Source: an uncultured Collinsella sp. (GTDB lineage: Bacteria > Actinomycetota > Coriobacteriia > Coriobacteriales > Coriobacteriaceae). Taken from it: 64,000 nucleotides of DNA. Positions within the stretch are counted from its first letter, which is position 1; each line of letters opens with the position of its first letter. Made by a program: the position numbers and the translations under genes. The notes beneath the pieces are model-generated. The model ran no database searches and was not told the origin of the DNA. It saw only the letters and a list, made by a program, of their open reading frames with translations. Shown in pieces: positions 53,067-63,679 of the stretch. The stretch spans positions 7,462 to 71,461 of the forward strand of contig UQKY01000003.1 of NCBI GenBank assembly GCA_900541785.1. Direction: 5' to 3'.

Positions 53067-54128
53067 CTATTCAATCATGCCGCGCTCGAGCGTACCGAGT
53101 GCCGCGCGGGCGTCCCATGCTGCAATACGCTTCTCGGTCTTCCACGTTTGGAAGAACCAGCCAGCCGCCGGCGCAAACGATGCCAACTGGTTGGCGATGA
53201 ACACGCGCTCGTAGGCATTGCGGCCCTCGGGCGTAACCGACGAGTTGGCGAAGATCGCCGCGCCCGACCATTCGCCCACCAAAACGGGGAACCCAGTTGC
53301 GACCGCCTCTTTGAGCTCACGCTTGTTGCGCGAAATCGCCGTCGTCAGACCGCGCGGGCTCGTGATGTCGAGCGCATACTCGTCGCGGTAATGGTACAGG
53401 TGAAGGTCCATGTAGACGTTCTTGTACTTGGCACCGCGCATAAAGTGCTTCCACTCGCCAGGGTGTCCCGAAGAGGAAAAGACGACGATCTTGTCCTCGG
53501 GCATATGCGAACGAACGAGCTCGTACGCGTCACGATAGAAGTTGCGCAGGTAGTGCGCCGGAATGCCATCCGTCATGGTAAAGAGGCTCTTGCGTACGCT
53601 CATCTGCGGCGTATCCAACAGCTCGATGCCCAGCAGGCTCTCGGCCTCACCATAGCGATCGGCCAGGCGCTCGAGCACATCGAGCGCAACGTGACGGCCG
53701 TTGGTGGACGAATGCCACTCGGCAACAGCCTCCGGAGTGGTGGGCGAATCGTTGGAATCGCCCTGACCGCCGGGTACAGTCGCCAGATCGAGCAGTACGC
53801 GGATGTTGTACTTGTCGGCCCACTCAATAGCACGGTCGATATAATCGACAACCGAGATGTAGGAAGCGTCGGACTCCTGCGAGCCAAAGGCATACCACGG
53901 CACCGGCAGGCGCACGGCGTTGAGACCGATCTGCGCCATACGGCGAAAATCGTCCTCACTCACAAACGTCTCGTAATGGCGACGCATGCGCTCGTTATAG
54001 GCAGCGGTGCCCATGGCCTCCTGCAGCTCGGCTGCATTGGATGCTCCGGTCGCTGCATAGAGCGACGGGGTCACCCAGGGCTCGGGAATAAACCAGCCAG
54101 AGAGATTAACGCCGAGAATCCTCTCCAT
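53067..54128 (-). CDS. Glycoside hydrolase family 5 protein (exo-beta-1,3-glucanase/cellulase-like), no signal peptide
   Basis: LGVNLSGWF...GLNAVRLPVPW...IRVLLDLATVPGGQ...LLGIELLDTPQ...VLVGEWSG pattern. The GH5 catalytic Glu residues are in NEP-like and GEW contexts. The start is set at the ATG at 54128 with Shine-Dalgarno AAGGGGG. Confidence 0.7.
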   Translation of the reverse strand: MERILGVNLSGWFIPEPWVTPSLYAATGASNAAELQEAMGTAAYNERMRRHYETFVSEDDFRRMAQIGLNAVRLPVPWYAFGSQESDASYISVVDYIDRAIEWADKYNIRVLLDLATVPGGQGDSNDSPTTPEAVAEWHSSTNGRHVALDVLERLADRYGEAESLLGIELLDTPQMSVRKSLFTMTDGIPAHYLRNFYRDAYELVRSHMPEDKIVVFSSSGHPGEWKHFMRGAKYKNVYMDLHLYHYRDEYALDITSPRGLTTAISRNKRELKEAVATGFPVLVGEWSGAAIFANSSVTPEGRNAYERVFIANQLASFAPAAGWFFQTWKTEKRIAAWDARAALGTLERGMIE

Positions 54129-54490
54129 CACGGCCCCCTTCGAATCGCGCAGGTCGAACCTGCATCGCATTGCATAGGAAAAGTATCGTTTTGAGTATAC
54201 CCGCGCGTGCGGACAGGCGACCGAACGGTCTACAAAGTGGCGCAAAAGTGGGAGGAATGTCCGGGCAGACGAAACCCGAGATGCACACGCCAAGATGCAC
54301 ACGTGCGCCGGAAGTAGGCGGCCGAAAAGCGCGCCCCGTTTTTTCGCAAGAGACTGGGATGCGTTTTCCGCTGGCAGGCCCAACCGGAAAGCGCATCCCG
54401 CAATTCCGCGAAATTCCGGGATGCAGTTTCCGCAGGAGCTCTCGGTAAAAGAAAAAGGACCCCTTTGCAGAGGTCCTAGTCAATTCAAGG

Positions 54491-54563
<73 letters not shown>

Positions 54564-54732
54564 ATTTGAGGTGTGCCTTGTTTCAAGGCTTGATTAGTAT
54601 AACCAAGGACACGCTCCGGTCAACCGAGAATTTTAAAAAAGTTTTTGAGCGCGACATCGGCCACAATCTCGCTCCTATAGAACGGCACATCAGAAGCATC
54701 AACCGGCAGAAAGAAGTTTTCGCTCCACCTTC

Positions 54733-55113
54733 TCATGCCGGCACGCGTTGGAGAGCAGGGGGCGAAACAATGATTGAAGGGCGCTCGAGTGCCGCCCAGG
54801 CGCCGGGACAGGAACACATACGCCAAGGACGTACGTTTTCGTAGCGCTCGAGGACGTTGCCGCTACGGTCGATAAAGGCGATGTCGATGGGATAGGCCAT
54901 AAAGCAGGTGTGAACCGAGGAGCAGCGCGGAAACGCCATGACAAGCGGCAGTCCGCTGGCGGCAATCGGCCGCCGTCCCAGCATGCCGCGCAGACGCACG
55001 GTAAACGACTCCGCCACCACAAACTCGGCCGGCGTCCAGCCCAACCTGTTGAGCGCCCGTGCGTAGGCGATATAGGACGAGACCGCGGTCACATGACCAC
55101 CCCCGGACGCCAT
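54733..55113 (-). CDS. DUF192 (COG1430)-like small protein at the 3' end of the Tad operon
   Basis: 126 aa. ...RGMLGRRPIAASGLPLVMAFPRCSSVHTCFMAYPIDIAFIDRSGNVL... resembles DUF192. It overlaps the preceding TadE-like gene. Confidence 0.45.
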   Translation of the reverse strand: MASGGGHVTAVSSYIAYARALNRLGWTPAEFVVAESFTVRLRGMLGRRPIAASGLPLVMAFPRCSSVHTCFMAYPIDIAFIDRSGNVLERYENVRPWRMCSCPGAWAALERPSIIVSPPALQRVPA

Positions 55114-55565
55114 GGATCGACCGTCACCGCGCGTTCATGCGCGAGCATCGCCGGCGCCCCCAGGGAAACGCCGGCGATGCTCAGCGAACTCGGCCACGGC
55201 TCGTAGTGCATGGTGCAGGTATAGGTCCTAAACGTGCCAGAAAGAGAGAGCAGGCCGCCATCCGATGACGCCGTGCCCTGCTCGCTCGAGACCTCGACCT
55301 GTAGGTCATATCCCTCCATGGCATCCTGAATCTGAGCTTGAACGGTCGCGGAAGCGTCAATGGAACTCTCGTCACCCTCCCCGCCCGGCGCCACAGCGTG
55401 CGCCAGCACGATGTCGGGCACCACGCGGTCGAAGCGCGCGGCCGCGCCGGCAAAGATCATGACGTTGTACGTGATGAGAGCCAGCACGAGCAGGACAGGC
55501 GTGACCACGGCCATCTCGACCGTCGCCTGGGCATACTCCTCGCGCAAGCCCGAACGAATGCCCAT
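55089..55565 (-). CDS. TadE/TadF-like pseudopilin
   Basis: MGIRSGLREEYAQATVEMAVVTPVLLVLALITY is the TadE N-terminal motif (A-x-x-V-E-x-A). The start codon overlaps the stop of the upstream gene. Confidence 0.65.
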   Translation of the reverse strand: MGIRSGLREEYAQATVEMAVVTPVLLVLALITYNVMIFAGAAARFDRVVPDIVLAHAVAPGGEGDESSIDASATVQAQIQDAMEGYDLQVEVSSEQGTASSDGGLLSLSGTFRTYTCTMHYEPWPSSLSIAGVSLGAPAMLAHERAVTVDPWRPGVVM

Positions 55566-57625
55566 TACGACCCACCGCCAAAAGCCCCCACCAGCGTGGC
55601 AACATCGACAGTGAGCGGGATGGAGCCGCCGCCGGGCAGCGGGATCTCCGCAAGCGTGAACACCGCGCCGCTGATGGTGCGCTCGACGTGATACTCCAAT
55701 GCCTCGCAAAGTGCCTTGGGGTCAGTCACGCCCAAGGGGATTTTTCGCAGGGTATCTTGAGTTTTGGAGATGCCCGCGATATCGGACCCCGGACTTTTGA
55801 TGACATTGGCGGTATCGGTCAGCACCGGTTTTCGCAGGCGCAAATCGCACGGTTCGAGTCCCAGCGCCGCCACGGAGGACGAGACGGTGTCACCGAGCCA
55901 GGACGCGATGGAGCCCAACGCGCCGCTACTCCCTCCCAAGCCACCGATCAGCTCTCCCATAAGCTCGTCGGCCGCACCCTGGATGTCTCCGTACCCCACA
56001 AGCAGGCGGCCCCAAACATCCATAACGCCGTCGAGCACGCCGGCAACGCCGCCCGAACGCTCCTCCAGTGTCGAGAAAAACCGCGAGAGAACGTTATTTT
56101 GTGCCGTCGCATCATCGGGCGCGAGCACTGCAGCAGAAATTGCACCACGATCGCCAAGCTCAACTGCCGTGTTAAACGAAGAGTTGAGCTTATCGGGACT
56201 GGAGATGGCGCCCGAGACCGCAAAGGCGACCACGCCGTTGCGACCGGGCGGGGCGATGCGCGGGCGCTCGCCCGAAAGCTCTTTGATGGCGGTATCGAAC
56301 GCATTGCCCGCACGGTCGGCTTCGTCCTCGGTCTGACGCTCGAGCTCAAGCTCCTTGTTACGACAGTCGACGTAGTCCTCCAGGGCGTCTTTAAACTTGT
56401 CAAAGTGATACTCGAAGCCGTTTTCGATAGAGGTTGAAGGCGCCGCAACAGCACCAAGCGACGAAACGCCAAAATGGCATTTGCTGCATTTATCTTGTCC
56501 ATCGTAATCGGCAACCGAAGCAAATCCGCTCGGCGTTCCTTTCTTATAGTTAGGGCAGGTCGTCCCGTAATGCAGATACGCCTTGCCATCGTTCATGCTC
56601 GTCGGCCACACCGCATCGGTATAGAGTTCCGTCGCCCGAACCTCATCAGAGTTGCGCGGCAGCAACGGAATATAGGAGGAAACCCTGTCTCCGTTCTCGG
56701 TTATATATGCCCGATCGACCTCCGCGCTCGCATAGGTATAAAACGCCTTACGCGCCGCAGACTCTGCCTTCATCTCGACACTCGAGCCTTGGGGCTTCTC
56801 GTTTGCCAGACGCCGATGGTAGTAGGCCTTCGCACGATCGAGCGCCACTTGCGGTTCCCACGTAACGCTCGAAGCGTAATGCGGATTTTGAACACCGGAG
56901 AGATCCGTTAGGCTTTTTGCGCGCTCCCACATACACGAACAGCTGCCGACCGAACCTTTATCCGACCCGCCACAGTCCGCTAGCCAGGTGCGCTCTTTGG
57001 CCTTCGCCGTCTCCTCCGATGCTTTTTGTAGCTCCTCGGCCGCGCGTTCCAGATCTTCCGACGCATCTTTAATGGCATCGGTCGAGATTTCGGATCCTTC
57101 GAGCGCAACGAAATCCGACTCGGATGTCCTGGGCACGGCAAGCGCCGTACCGGTATAGGTCACGCCGTCGGTATCCTGCGCCGATACTGCCTGCATGGCG
57201 CGCGCGGCAACCAGATACGGCAAGGCGGTCTCGATCTTTTGCAATCCCTTTGACGCGCTTTTGGCAAACTTGTTGCGTGTTTTAATGATCTTGGTCCCCG
57301 TGTCGATGATATCGCTGCCAACGACCTCGGCGCCCGGAATGAGGATGGCGACCAAGCCGGTGCCGATCGTGGCAAACCCCGCCAGGCCCAAACTCAAAAT
57401 GCTCGCATCCACCACCGTGGCGGCCGTGTGATAGGACGACACCACGTTGGCGCCCGCCAGTGCACCGCTATCGGCCGCCACCTGGGTGTCTCCGGCGCGC
57501 GACATGCTCCATATCGCCGCGGTCGACGAAAACAGCAGCGTAAGCACCACCAGAATGACAACCGCAGAGGAGAGCGTGGTATAGGCGCCGTCTTCGATAA
57601 ACAAGTCGATACCGGCACGGCCCAT
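55565..57625 (-). CDS. Large TadG-like pilus-associated protein
   Basis: 686 aa. N-terminal MGRAGIDLFIEDGAYTTLSSAVVILVVLTLLF is a TadE/TadG-type signal-anchor. Followed by a large secreted domain that is Cys-containing and Ala/Ser/Gly-rich. Confidence 0.55.
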   Translation of the reverse strand: MGRAGIDLFIEDGAYTTLSSAVVILVVLTLLFSSTAAIWSMSRAGDTQVAADSGALAGANVVSSYHTAATVVDASILSLGLAGFATIGTGLVAILIPGAEVVGSDIIDTGTKIIKTRNKFAKSASKGLQKIETALPYLVAARAMQAVSAQDTDGVTYTGTALAVPRTSESDFVALEGSEISTDAIKDASEDLERAAEELQKASEETAKAKERTWLADCGGSDKGSVGSCSCMWERAKSLTDLSGVQNPHYASSVTWEPQVALDRAKAYYHRRLANEKPQGSSVEMKAESAARKAFYTYASAEVDRAYITENGDRVSSYIPLLPRNSDEVRATELYTDAVWPTSMNDGKAYLHYGTTCPNYKKGTPSGFASVADYDGQDKCSKCHFGVSSLGAVAAPSTSIENGFEYHFDKFKDALEDYVDCRNKELELERQTEDEADRAGNAFDTAIKELSGERPRIAPPGRNGVVAFAVSGAISSPDKLNSSFNTAVELGDRGAISAAVLAPDDATAQNNVLSRFFSTLEERSGGVAGVLDGVMDVWGRLLVGYGDIQGAADELMGELIGGLGGSSGALGSIASWLGDTVSSSVAALGLEPCDLRLRKPVLTDTANVIKSPGSDIAGISKTQDTLRKIPLGVTDPKALCEALEYHVERTISGAVFTLAEIPLPGGGSIPLTVDVATLVGAFGGGS

Positions 57626-57701
57626 AAAGCCGCCCCGCTTGCGGCGAGTGCCTGGTCGACGGCGGGCCGCAAGCCCTTGCGTCACCCGCAGCAGGCAGCG
57701 C

Positions 57702-58214
57702 CTAATCCCATGCAGCAATCCATGAATCATAATCTCCCTCCAGCCATTCGGGACGCGATCGATACGAGACGTCGACCTTGAGCTCGACATAGCCGCCCTC
57801 GCCCGCACTGCCCATGGCCTGCACAAATGCACCGATCACGGGCAGCGGCTTAACCTCTCCGGCAACAGACACGGACGAAACGCCGCCGGCACCGGCCCGC
57901 CCCAACTCGATATCCCACGACAGCGGCCCGCCGGCATGAAAAATCGAGACGTTGGGCACCGCGGCAAGCCTGCGGCGAGTGAACTCCTTAAGGTCATCGT
58001 CGTCCTCCACCGTCGTCGTGGTCATAAGCCGTGCGGTCTCGGCGGCAGCGGACTCCATGACCGCACGCGTATAGAGCAGGCATACCGGCTGCAACGCGAG
58101 CAAGATAAGCGTCAAAAACGTCGGCAGCAAAAAGGCGGCCTCGACCGTAGACTGCGCCCGATCCTCGCACGCGATATCAATACAGAGCGATGTCCTTGGC
58201 ACCCGTCGCGGCAT
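57702..58214 (-). CDS. TadE-like pseudopilin
   Basis: ...EDRAQSTVEAAFLLPTFLTLILLALQPVCLLYTRAVM is a TadE-type N-terminus. The start is ATG 58214 or GTG 58202, slightly overlapping flp. Confidence 0.6.
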   Translation of the reverse strand: MPRRVPRTSLCIDIACEDRAQSTVEAAFLLPTFLTLILLALQPVCLLYTRAVMESAAAETARLMTTTTVEDDDDLKEFTRRRLAAVPNVSIFHAGGPLSWDIELGRAGAGGVSSVSVAGEVKPLPVIGAFVQAMGSAGEGGYVELKVDVSYRSRPEWLEGDYDSWIAAWD

Positions 58215-58395
58215 CGATAACCGACGATGGGGCGACGCCATGAGACGCCGCCCGCTCGGCCAGGGCCGCCAAGCGCCCATCGGTGCCAGCGCGCCAAAGC
58301 CCCGCAATCGCCAGCACAATCGACAACAGCGCCACGGTGACGATGGCGTATTCGACGGTCGACTGAGCAGATTCCTCACGCAGGACATCATGCAT
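58177..58395 (-). CDS. flp: Flp-family type IVb pilin (72 aa)
   Basis: MHDVLREESAQSTVEYAIVTVALLSIVLAIAGLW: a Flp prepilin leader plus the cleavage motif (A/G)-x-x-x-EY and a hydrophobic helix. A strong Shine-Dalgarno AAAGGAGGGG sits 7 nt upstream. Confidence 0.7.
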   Translation of the reverse strand: MHDVLREESAQSTVEYAIVTVALLSIVLAIAGLWRAGTDGRLAALAERAASHGVAPSSVIDAATGAKDIALY

Positions 58396-58396
58396 T

Positions 58397-58960
58397 TCAC
58401 GACCCCTCCTTTGACTCCGTTGTTTGCGGAACCAGACGCACGGCACGCAGGCGGCACGAGGCATCGCCGGCATCCGCGGCAACCGTCACCATGTCGACCC
58501 AGCCTCGCCCATCGCGCACGATGGCGCCCCATACGTTGCCCTTAATATCGAGATAGCCGCTCAGGGCGAGTTGGGCCGTGGGCACCTCGCGGTAGGCGCG
58601 CAACAGGTCTGCCGCCGCCTCGGTCATCGGCCGGTCCTCGGACCATGCGAGTCGAACCGCGATCGCGTTGTCTGCAGACGGCTCCGTCGCGCTGGCGGCC
58701 CGCTCGTCGAGCGCCTGCAAAAAGGTCCGAGCCGTGACAGCGGCATTCTGACCGCCCGTATCTTGCGCGCCTTCCACTTGTGACACCGCCGCCGAGCCCG
58801 ATTCCAAATCGGCAGTAGCGCCTGGACGCTGCTGCCGCGCAACACCCAGCCCCCAAAACGCCACCGCTATTGCCACGAGCAAACAGACGAGCACCAGCGG
58901 CGAACCAACAGGCCGCCTGCCTCCTACAGGCTGTTGATGCCGTCTTTGATCGCGTTCCAT
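58397..58960 (-). CDS. Tad-locus membrane-anchored protein of unknown function
   Basis: 187 aa with a single N-terminal TM (LVLVCLLVAIAVAFWGLGVA) and then a soluble domain. It lies between the two flp genes. The start may be downstream of 58960. Confidence 0.4.
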   Translation of the reverse strand: MERDQRRHQQPVGGRRPVGSPLVLVCLLVAIAVAFWGLGVARQQRPGATADLESGSAAVSQVEGAQDTGGQNAAVTARTFLQALDERAASATEPSADNAIAVRLAWSEDRPMTEAAADLLRAYREVPTAQLALSGYLDIKGNVWGAIVRDGRGWVDMVTVAADAGDASCRLRAVRLVPQTTESKEGS

Positions 58961-59157
58961 AGTTCTTCGACTTTGCTCTTAAACGCGACGATGGCGATAA
59001 TCGCGATCACTACGAGCACGCCGACCAAGATGGCGTATTCGGTAGTGCCCTGCGCGCTCTCCTCCCGCAACAGCGCCTTGGCACGCTGGCGAGCGCGGAT
59101 TGCCCGGCAAAAAGCCCAGCTCCAAGCCTTGCCGGCAATGTCGGTCATCGTGTTCAT
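58924..59157 (-). CDS. flp: Flp-family type IVb pilin (second copy)
   Basis: ...ALLREESAQGTTEYAILVGVLVVIAIIAIVAFKSKVEELWNAIKDGINSL: Flp leader, G/TTEY motif, and a hydrophobic helix. Confidence 0.7.
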   Translation of the reverse strand: MNTMTDIAGKAWSWAFCRAIRARQRAKALLREESAQGTTEYAILVGVLVVIAIIAIVAFKSKVEELWNAIKDGINSL

Positions 59158-59167
59158 GTATTCCTCC

Positions 59168-59809
59168 CTACATCATCCCGCCTGCTCCCAGCAGCGGGCC
59201 CAATATGGACAGAAGCAACGCCGGCAAGATGAGCGTGCCGGTGGGAATCAGCAACTTGACCGGTGCGCGCTCGATCTCGCGCTCGACTGCGGCGCGATGG
59301 GCCGCACGGATCTCGCGACTTTGAGCAGCCAGCGTCTCGGCCAGCGGAGCGCCCAGGGCAAGCGCCTGCCCCACCGTGATGACAAAGGTCTCGAGCGCCC
59401 TCACGTCCAAATCACGCGCGGCAGCCAACAGCTCGGCCTCGCGCGTCCCCACGCCCACCTGCCACGCCATGCAGGCTCGCTCAAGACGGACGGCCAGCGC
59501 CGACCGACGATTGGCACAGAAAATCTCGAGCGCCGCGTCAAACGAAAGGCCGGCAGAAAGCCCCAGGCGCACCACATCGATCATCTCGGACACCTCACCG
59601 AGCGACACCTGTGCCGGGCCGCCCGTCCCAATCGCGCCCTTCATTCGCGCGGTCAGGACATCAATCACCGAACAGCCCGCAGCAATGACCAGTACCGCCT
59701 CACGTTTGCATGCCTCTGCAATCTTGCGAGTATCCGCACGCTCCAAACCTGTCGCGGCAAATACGCTCAGGGCACACAGACAAGCCGAGACCCCGACCAG
59801 GGCGTTCAT
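59168..59809 (-). CDS. tadC: TadC-like (T2SS-F family) inner-membrane platform protein
   Basis: 214 aa from the internal ATG (MNALVGVSAC...), which forms an ATGA overlap with tadB. T2SSF-domain helices are present. Confidence 0.7.
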   Translation of the reverse strand: MNALVGVSACLCALSVFAATGLERADTRKIAEACKREAVLVIAAGCSVIDVLTARMKGAIGTGGPAQVSLGEVSEMIDVVRLGLSAGLSFDAALEIFCANRRSALAVRLERACMAWQVGVGTREAELLAAARDLDVRALETFVITVGQALALGAPLAETLAAQSREIRAAHRAAVEREIERAPVKLLIPTGTLILPALLLSILGPLLGAGGMM

Positions 59810-60732
59810 AGCTCCACCCGCATAATGCGCCGGATAACTACCAGGGCAACGACGTTGAGGGCAAGTCCCAGCACCACGGCGCCCGCACCAGCCGGCGTCG
59901 CAAGACCGCGGCGAAAGTCTGCCGAAAGCAAAGCAAGTACCGCGCACATGCCCGCCGGCATCGCCGCGACCATGTGTGCCGACATACGCGCCTGTGACGT
60001 CTTAACGTCCAGACGGCGTTTGAGCTCAATGCGCTCACCCACCATGCTCGACGCCTCGGACAGCAAGCCGGCAAGCGGGGCCCCGGTACGCTGCGATACT
60101 TTGAGCGCCAAGGTGACAAGCGAAAGGCCGGGGGCATCGATGCGAACGAGTAGGTCATCGAGTGCGTCGGTCGCCGAGACACCGCAATCGATTGCCGCCG
60201 CCACCCGCAAAAACTCGGTATGCACCGGCTCTTGCGCATGGGCGCCCACAAAGTGCATGCCCTGTGCCAGCGAATGCCCCGAGGCAAGCGACATGGATAA
60301 CGCTGTGAATGCCTCGGGCATGGCCTCTTCTACATCATGCTGTTCGCGTCGGCGATCTAAGGTGTCACGTGCGGCACCCACGCCAAACGGCGCCACCAGT
60401 CCCAAGACAAAGCCGATGGGCGACAACGACGCAACGGTCAGCAAAACGCTGCAGATACCGCTCGACAACAGCAGAAATGCCAGACGAGCCGCGTTGTCCT
60501 CAATAGCAAGCCCAAGGCGATCTGCGGGAATCAGCGACGCCCACGAGCGGGCAATCTTTGTCAGCAGGTCGTTTTCCGCCAACTCACGCGGCAGTTTCTC
60601 CGCCATCGATTCGAGCGTCTGGCGCGCCAACTCCGCCGGCGGCACCCGCGGCACACGAGGCTCTGCCCCACACGCCGTCGCGGCAGAAAGCCCCGCCAAA
60701 CCCCCTACGACGAGGGGCATAGCGATCTCCAT
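59806..60732 (-). CDS. tadB: TadB-like (T2SS-F family) inner-membrane platform protein
   Basis: 308 aa with N- and C-terminal TM helices flanking a cytoplasmic T2SSF domain. Confidence 0.75.
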   Translation of the reverse strand: MEIAMPLVVGGLAGLSAATACGAEPRVPRVPPAELARQTLESMAEKLPRELAENDLLTKIARSWASLIPADRLGLAIEDNAARLAFLLLSSGICSVLLTVASLSPIGFVLGLVAPFGVGAARDTLDRRREQHDVEEAMPEAFTALSMSLASGHSLAQGMHFVGAHAQEPVHTEFLRVAAAIDCGVSATDALDDLLVRIDAPGLSLVTLALKVSQRTGAPLAGLLSEASSMVGERIELKRRLDVKTSQARMSAHMVAAMPAGMCAVLALLSADFRRGLATPAGAGAVVLGLALNVVALVVIRRIMRVEL

Positions 60733-62033
60733 TCGTCCACCTCCTCTTGCGTGAGCGTTCCCGACCGCAAGCCCTCTGCAATAAACGGCGGCTCGCGGTC
60801 GAGCGTCCAGGTGCGTTCGGCGGCATCGAAAGTCACGTAGCGTTCGAGCTCAACACCGCCCGACGCGCCGCGGCGAACCCCCGAATATGAGGCCACAAAG
60901 CGCCTGCCATCTGCATGACGCTCGGACATCACGATGCCGTCGAGCGCCATGGCGATCTGCTCTTCGATAAGCTCACTCGGCAAATCGATGCCGTAGCGCG
61001 CAAGCAGCGTCAGGCGAACCACGGTCTCCTGCTCGGTACCCGCATGGAGCGTGGTGAGCGAGCCGTCGTGGCCCGTGTTCATGGCCTGCAGCATGTCGCA
61101 GCACTCGGCACCGCGCACCTCGCCCACGACGATGCGGTCGGGGCGCATACGTAGAGCATTGGTCACCAGGTCGCGAATCGTCACCGCACCCTCGCCCTCG
61201 ATTGACGCCTCACGCGCTTCCAGACGAACAACGTGTGGGTGATGTGCAAACTTGAGCTCGGCGGAATCCTCGATCGTCACGATGCGCTCGCCGGTGGAAA
61301 TCTCGCACGACAGCGCGTTGAGCAGCGTGGTCTTGCCCGACCCCGTGCCTCCCGCAACCGCCAAGTCCTGCCGCAACGACACCGCGCACGACAGCAGCTG
61401 CGCATACCAAAGCGGCAGTGACCCCAACCCCACAAGCTCGTCCAACGAACAGATACGGTCCGAGAACTTACGGATGGTGAGGATTGGCCCGTCGAGCGCC
61501 ACGGGTGGAATCACCGCGTTGACGCGATAACCCGTCTTGAGGCGGGCATTGACGATGGGGCTACGCTCGTCGATACGACGGCCGAGCGGCGAGATGATGC
61601 GGTCGATGAGCACACGGATCTGCTCGTCGTCCTCAAACGCGTGCTCGATGGGATACAAAACGCCACTGCGCTCAAAAAAGGCAGAGCGGCAGCCGTTGAT
61701 CATGATTTCGGTAACGGTGTCGTCCTCGATGAGCGGCTGCAGCGGCCCCAGGCCCACCACGTCATCTAGGATCTCGTCGATGATGGTCTCACGCTCAGGC
61801 GTCGCCAAGTCGGTCGGCTCTTCCACGTTGAGCGCCGCTTCCACCGCCGGACGCAGCTCAGAGCGGGCAAGGGCAGGGTCGACGTAGGCGCCGATGCGCG
61901 CCACCTCGTCGTAGCCCATGCGGTCCATCACCGCACGCTTGGTGCGGCGTTTAACGGCACGGCGGCGTCCCGCATCAACGGGGGCAGCCGCGGTGGCCGC
62001 GCCAGCGGCTTTAATCCGCGTCTGCAGACTCAT
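60705..62033 (-). CDS. tadA: TadA/CpaF secretion ATPase
   Basis: Walker [18 protein letters not shown]; the Asp/His boxes ...[10 protein letters not shown]...HVVRLEAR... and ...[14 protein letters not shown]... are typical of CpaF/VirB11-like ATPases. Confidence 0.9.
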   Translation of the reverse strand: MSLQTRIKAAGAATAAAPVDAGRRRAVKRRTKRAVMDRMGYDEVARIGAYVDPALARSELRPAVEAALNVEEPTDLATPERETIIDEILDDVVGLGPLQPLIEDDTVTEIMINGCRSAFFERSGVLYPIEHAFEDDEQIRVLIDRIISPLGRRIDERSPIVNARLKTGYRVNAVIPPVALDGPILTIRKFSDRICSLDELVGLGSLPLWYAQLLSCAVSLRQDLAVAGGTGSGKTTLLNALSCEISTGERIVTIEDSAELKFAHHPHVVRLEAREASIEGEGAVTIRDLVTNALRMRPDRIVVGEVRGAECCDMLQAMNTGHDGSLTTLHAGTEQETVVRLTLLARYGIDLPSELIEEQIAMALDGIVMSERHADGRRFVASYSGVRRGASGGVELERYVTFDAAERTWTLDREPPFIAEGLRSGTLTQEEVDEWRSLCPSS

Positions 62034-63679
62034 CGCGAATCACCCTCACGCGACCAGGGAAGACGGATGCGCGGGCGCTCGGTGCGGGTCGCGCGGTCAG
62101 CGACCATATCGCTCCAAGGACCGACGGCGCAGCCCAGCTCCACGAGCATCTCGCGCGTGGCCTCGCGCACGCTGGTCGCAAAAGCGCTCGTCTGACCCAC
62201 TGCCTCGTCGGCGCGACCGAATGCCATGAGCGCGGCCAAGTCCTGACCGCCATCGGCAATGCGGATCTTGGAGCTCAGTGCGCAGGCAATCTCGAAGCGC
62301 ATAGCGACGTCCTCGTCGGCGCCGCGCGCACCAAACCGGTTGAACACGGCGCTCATGCGCGTGCGTGGCACGCCCACGCGGCTCGCCAGCTCAATGACGC
62401 GCGAAGCGGATGTCGCGGACGATACCGCCGCATCGCCTACGACCAGGCAACGGTCGCTCGCCGCCACCGCGGCGGCCACGGCATCGCCCCAAAAGACCGA
62501 GGTGTCGACAAAGACCACGTCGGATTCGCGACGCAAAACATCGAGCAATAGCTCCACCGGACGTGCCATGAGCTCGGCGTTCTCGGGGGCCGCGACAGGT
62601 CCCCAGAGCGTGATGCCCGGGGCGACGCGCATCGATGCGGCCACGATATCCGGCTCGGCAAGTGCGCCCGCCGCCGAAGGCTCGATAAGCGTCGCCATAT
62701 CGTGCGGGGCATCGACACCCAGCAGATCGTATAGGTTTCCAAACATAAGGTCCAAGTCGAGCACAGCGGCACGCAAACCCAACAGCGACGCCGCATGCGC
62801 CATGGTGGCAACGATCGTCGACTTGCCGCAACCGCCCGAACCCGAGACGGCGCAGACGACCGGCGCCCGACGCGACGGAATCGAAGCGTCCGCCGACGGC
62901 GCGGGGGCTGACGGTGCAGGAACCGGCGACACGGACGCGGGCGATAACATCCCCGTCTCCCCCGCCGCAGTCACGCGCTGAGCCCAAGCCGGCATGTCAG
63001 GCTGCCCGGGCTGCGGTTCCGAAGCCAAAGACGCAGCGGCACACGGCTCGCCAGCCCCGGCAAAACCCTCGACCTCGTCGAGCTCATCGGCCAGATTTAC
63101 GCCGTGCACGTATCCCATATCTTCAGCCAGAACGTCATCGCCATACGGTACCGGCCTTCCAGCGTCATCGTATGCAAGGGGGTCCCGGGGGCGCCGACCA
63201 TGCTCGGCTTCCGCTTTTCCATATTCATCAACACGCGGGCCTCTTGTAGCGCGAGGCGCCCCGGGTTCCCTATCAACAAAAGCATCGGGCTCAATCGTCA
63301 TGCGCCGATCGGAATCAACCGTTCCCTCGCCCGTGCGCCCGTTGCCGCACAAACTGTGCGCAGCGATGACCTCGGTCGCCCCCGCGCGAAACAGCCCTTC
63401 GATATCCGACGGGTCGAGCGTCTCGATCAACACGACGACGCGACTCACACGGCCCTCGGCCGTCAGGCGTGCAACGGTCTTCCGCACGTCTTCGGTATCG
63501 AACAGAGATGCCGCGATGATGGCGGCACCGCGGCGCGAGGGAAACGCCCGCGCCATGGATACCAGCCCGTCCAGATCCCCCACGCGAAGCACCTGTGCGC
63601 CCACATCGCGACCCTCGACTTCCTGCTGTAGCAGCCCGTAATCGCCGCACGCGCAGCACGCAAGCCAGATCGCCTTCAT
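62030..63679 (-). CDS. tadZ: TadZ/CpaE-like pilus-assembly protein (receiver-like N-domain plus ParA/MinD-type ATPase)
   Basis: The N-terminal roughly 130 aa resemble a CheY-like fold. This is followed by a Pro/Ala-rich low-complexity linker (PVPAPSAPAPSADASIPS), then a deviant Walker A CAVSGSGGCGKSTIVATMA. Start at MKAIW (63679), forming an ATGA overlap with the upstream gene. Confidence 0.7.
   Translation of the reverse strand: MKAIWLACCACGDYGLLQQEVEGRDVGAQVLRVGDLDGLVSMARAFPSRRGAAIIAASLFDTEDVRKTVARLTAEGRVSRVVVLIETLDPSDIEGLFRAGATEVIAAHSLCGNGRTGEGTVDSDRRMTIEPDAFVDREPGAPRATRGPRVDEYGKAEAEHGRRPRDPLAYDDAGRPVPYGDDVLAEDMGYVHGVNLADELDEVEGFAGAGEPCAAASLASEPQPGQPDMPAWAQRVTAAGETGMLSPASVSPVPAPSAPAPSADASIPSRRAPVVCAVSGSGGCGKSTIVATMAHAASLLGLRAAVLDLDLMFGNLYDLLGVDAPHDMATLIEPSAAGALAEPDIVAASMRVAPGITLWGPVAAPENAELMARPVELLLDVLRRESDVVFVDTSVFWGDAVAAAVAASDRCLVVGDAAVSSATSASRVIELASRVGVPRTRMSAVFNRFGARGADEDVAMRFEIACALSSKIRIADGGQDLAALMAFGRADEAVGQTSAFATSVREATREMLVELGCAVGPWSDMVADRATRTERPRIRLPWSREGDSR

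Noticed and set aside
53040-54194. 384-aa plus-strand ORF
   Set aside because: Antisense to the GH5 gene, whose translation carries conserved GH5 motifs.
58934-60754. 606-aa plus-strand ORF
   Set aside because: Antisense to flp, tadC and tadB; Ser/Arg/Ala-rich low-complexity translation.
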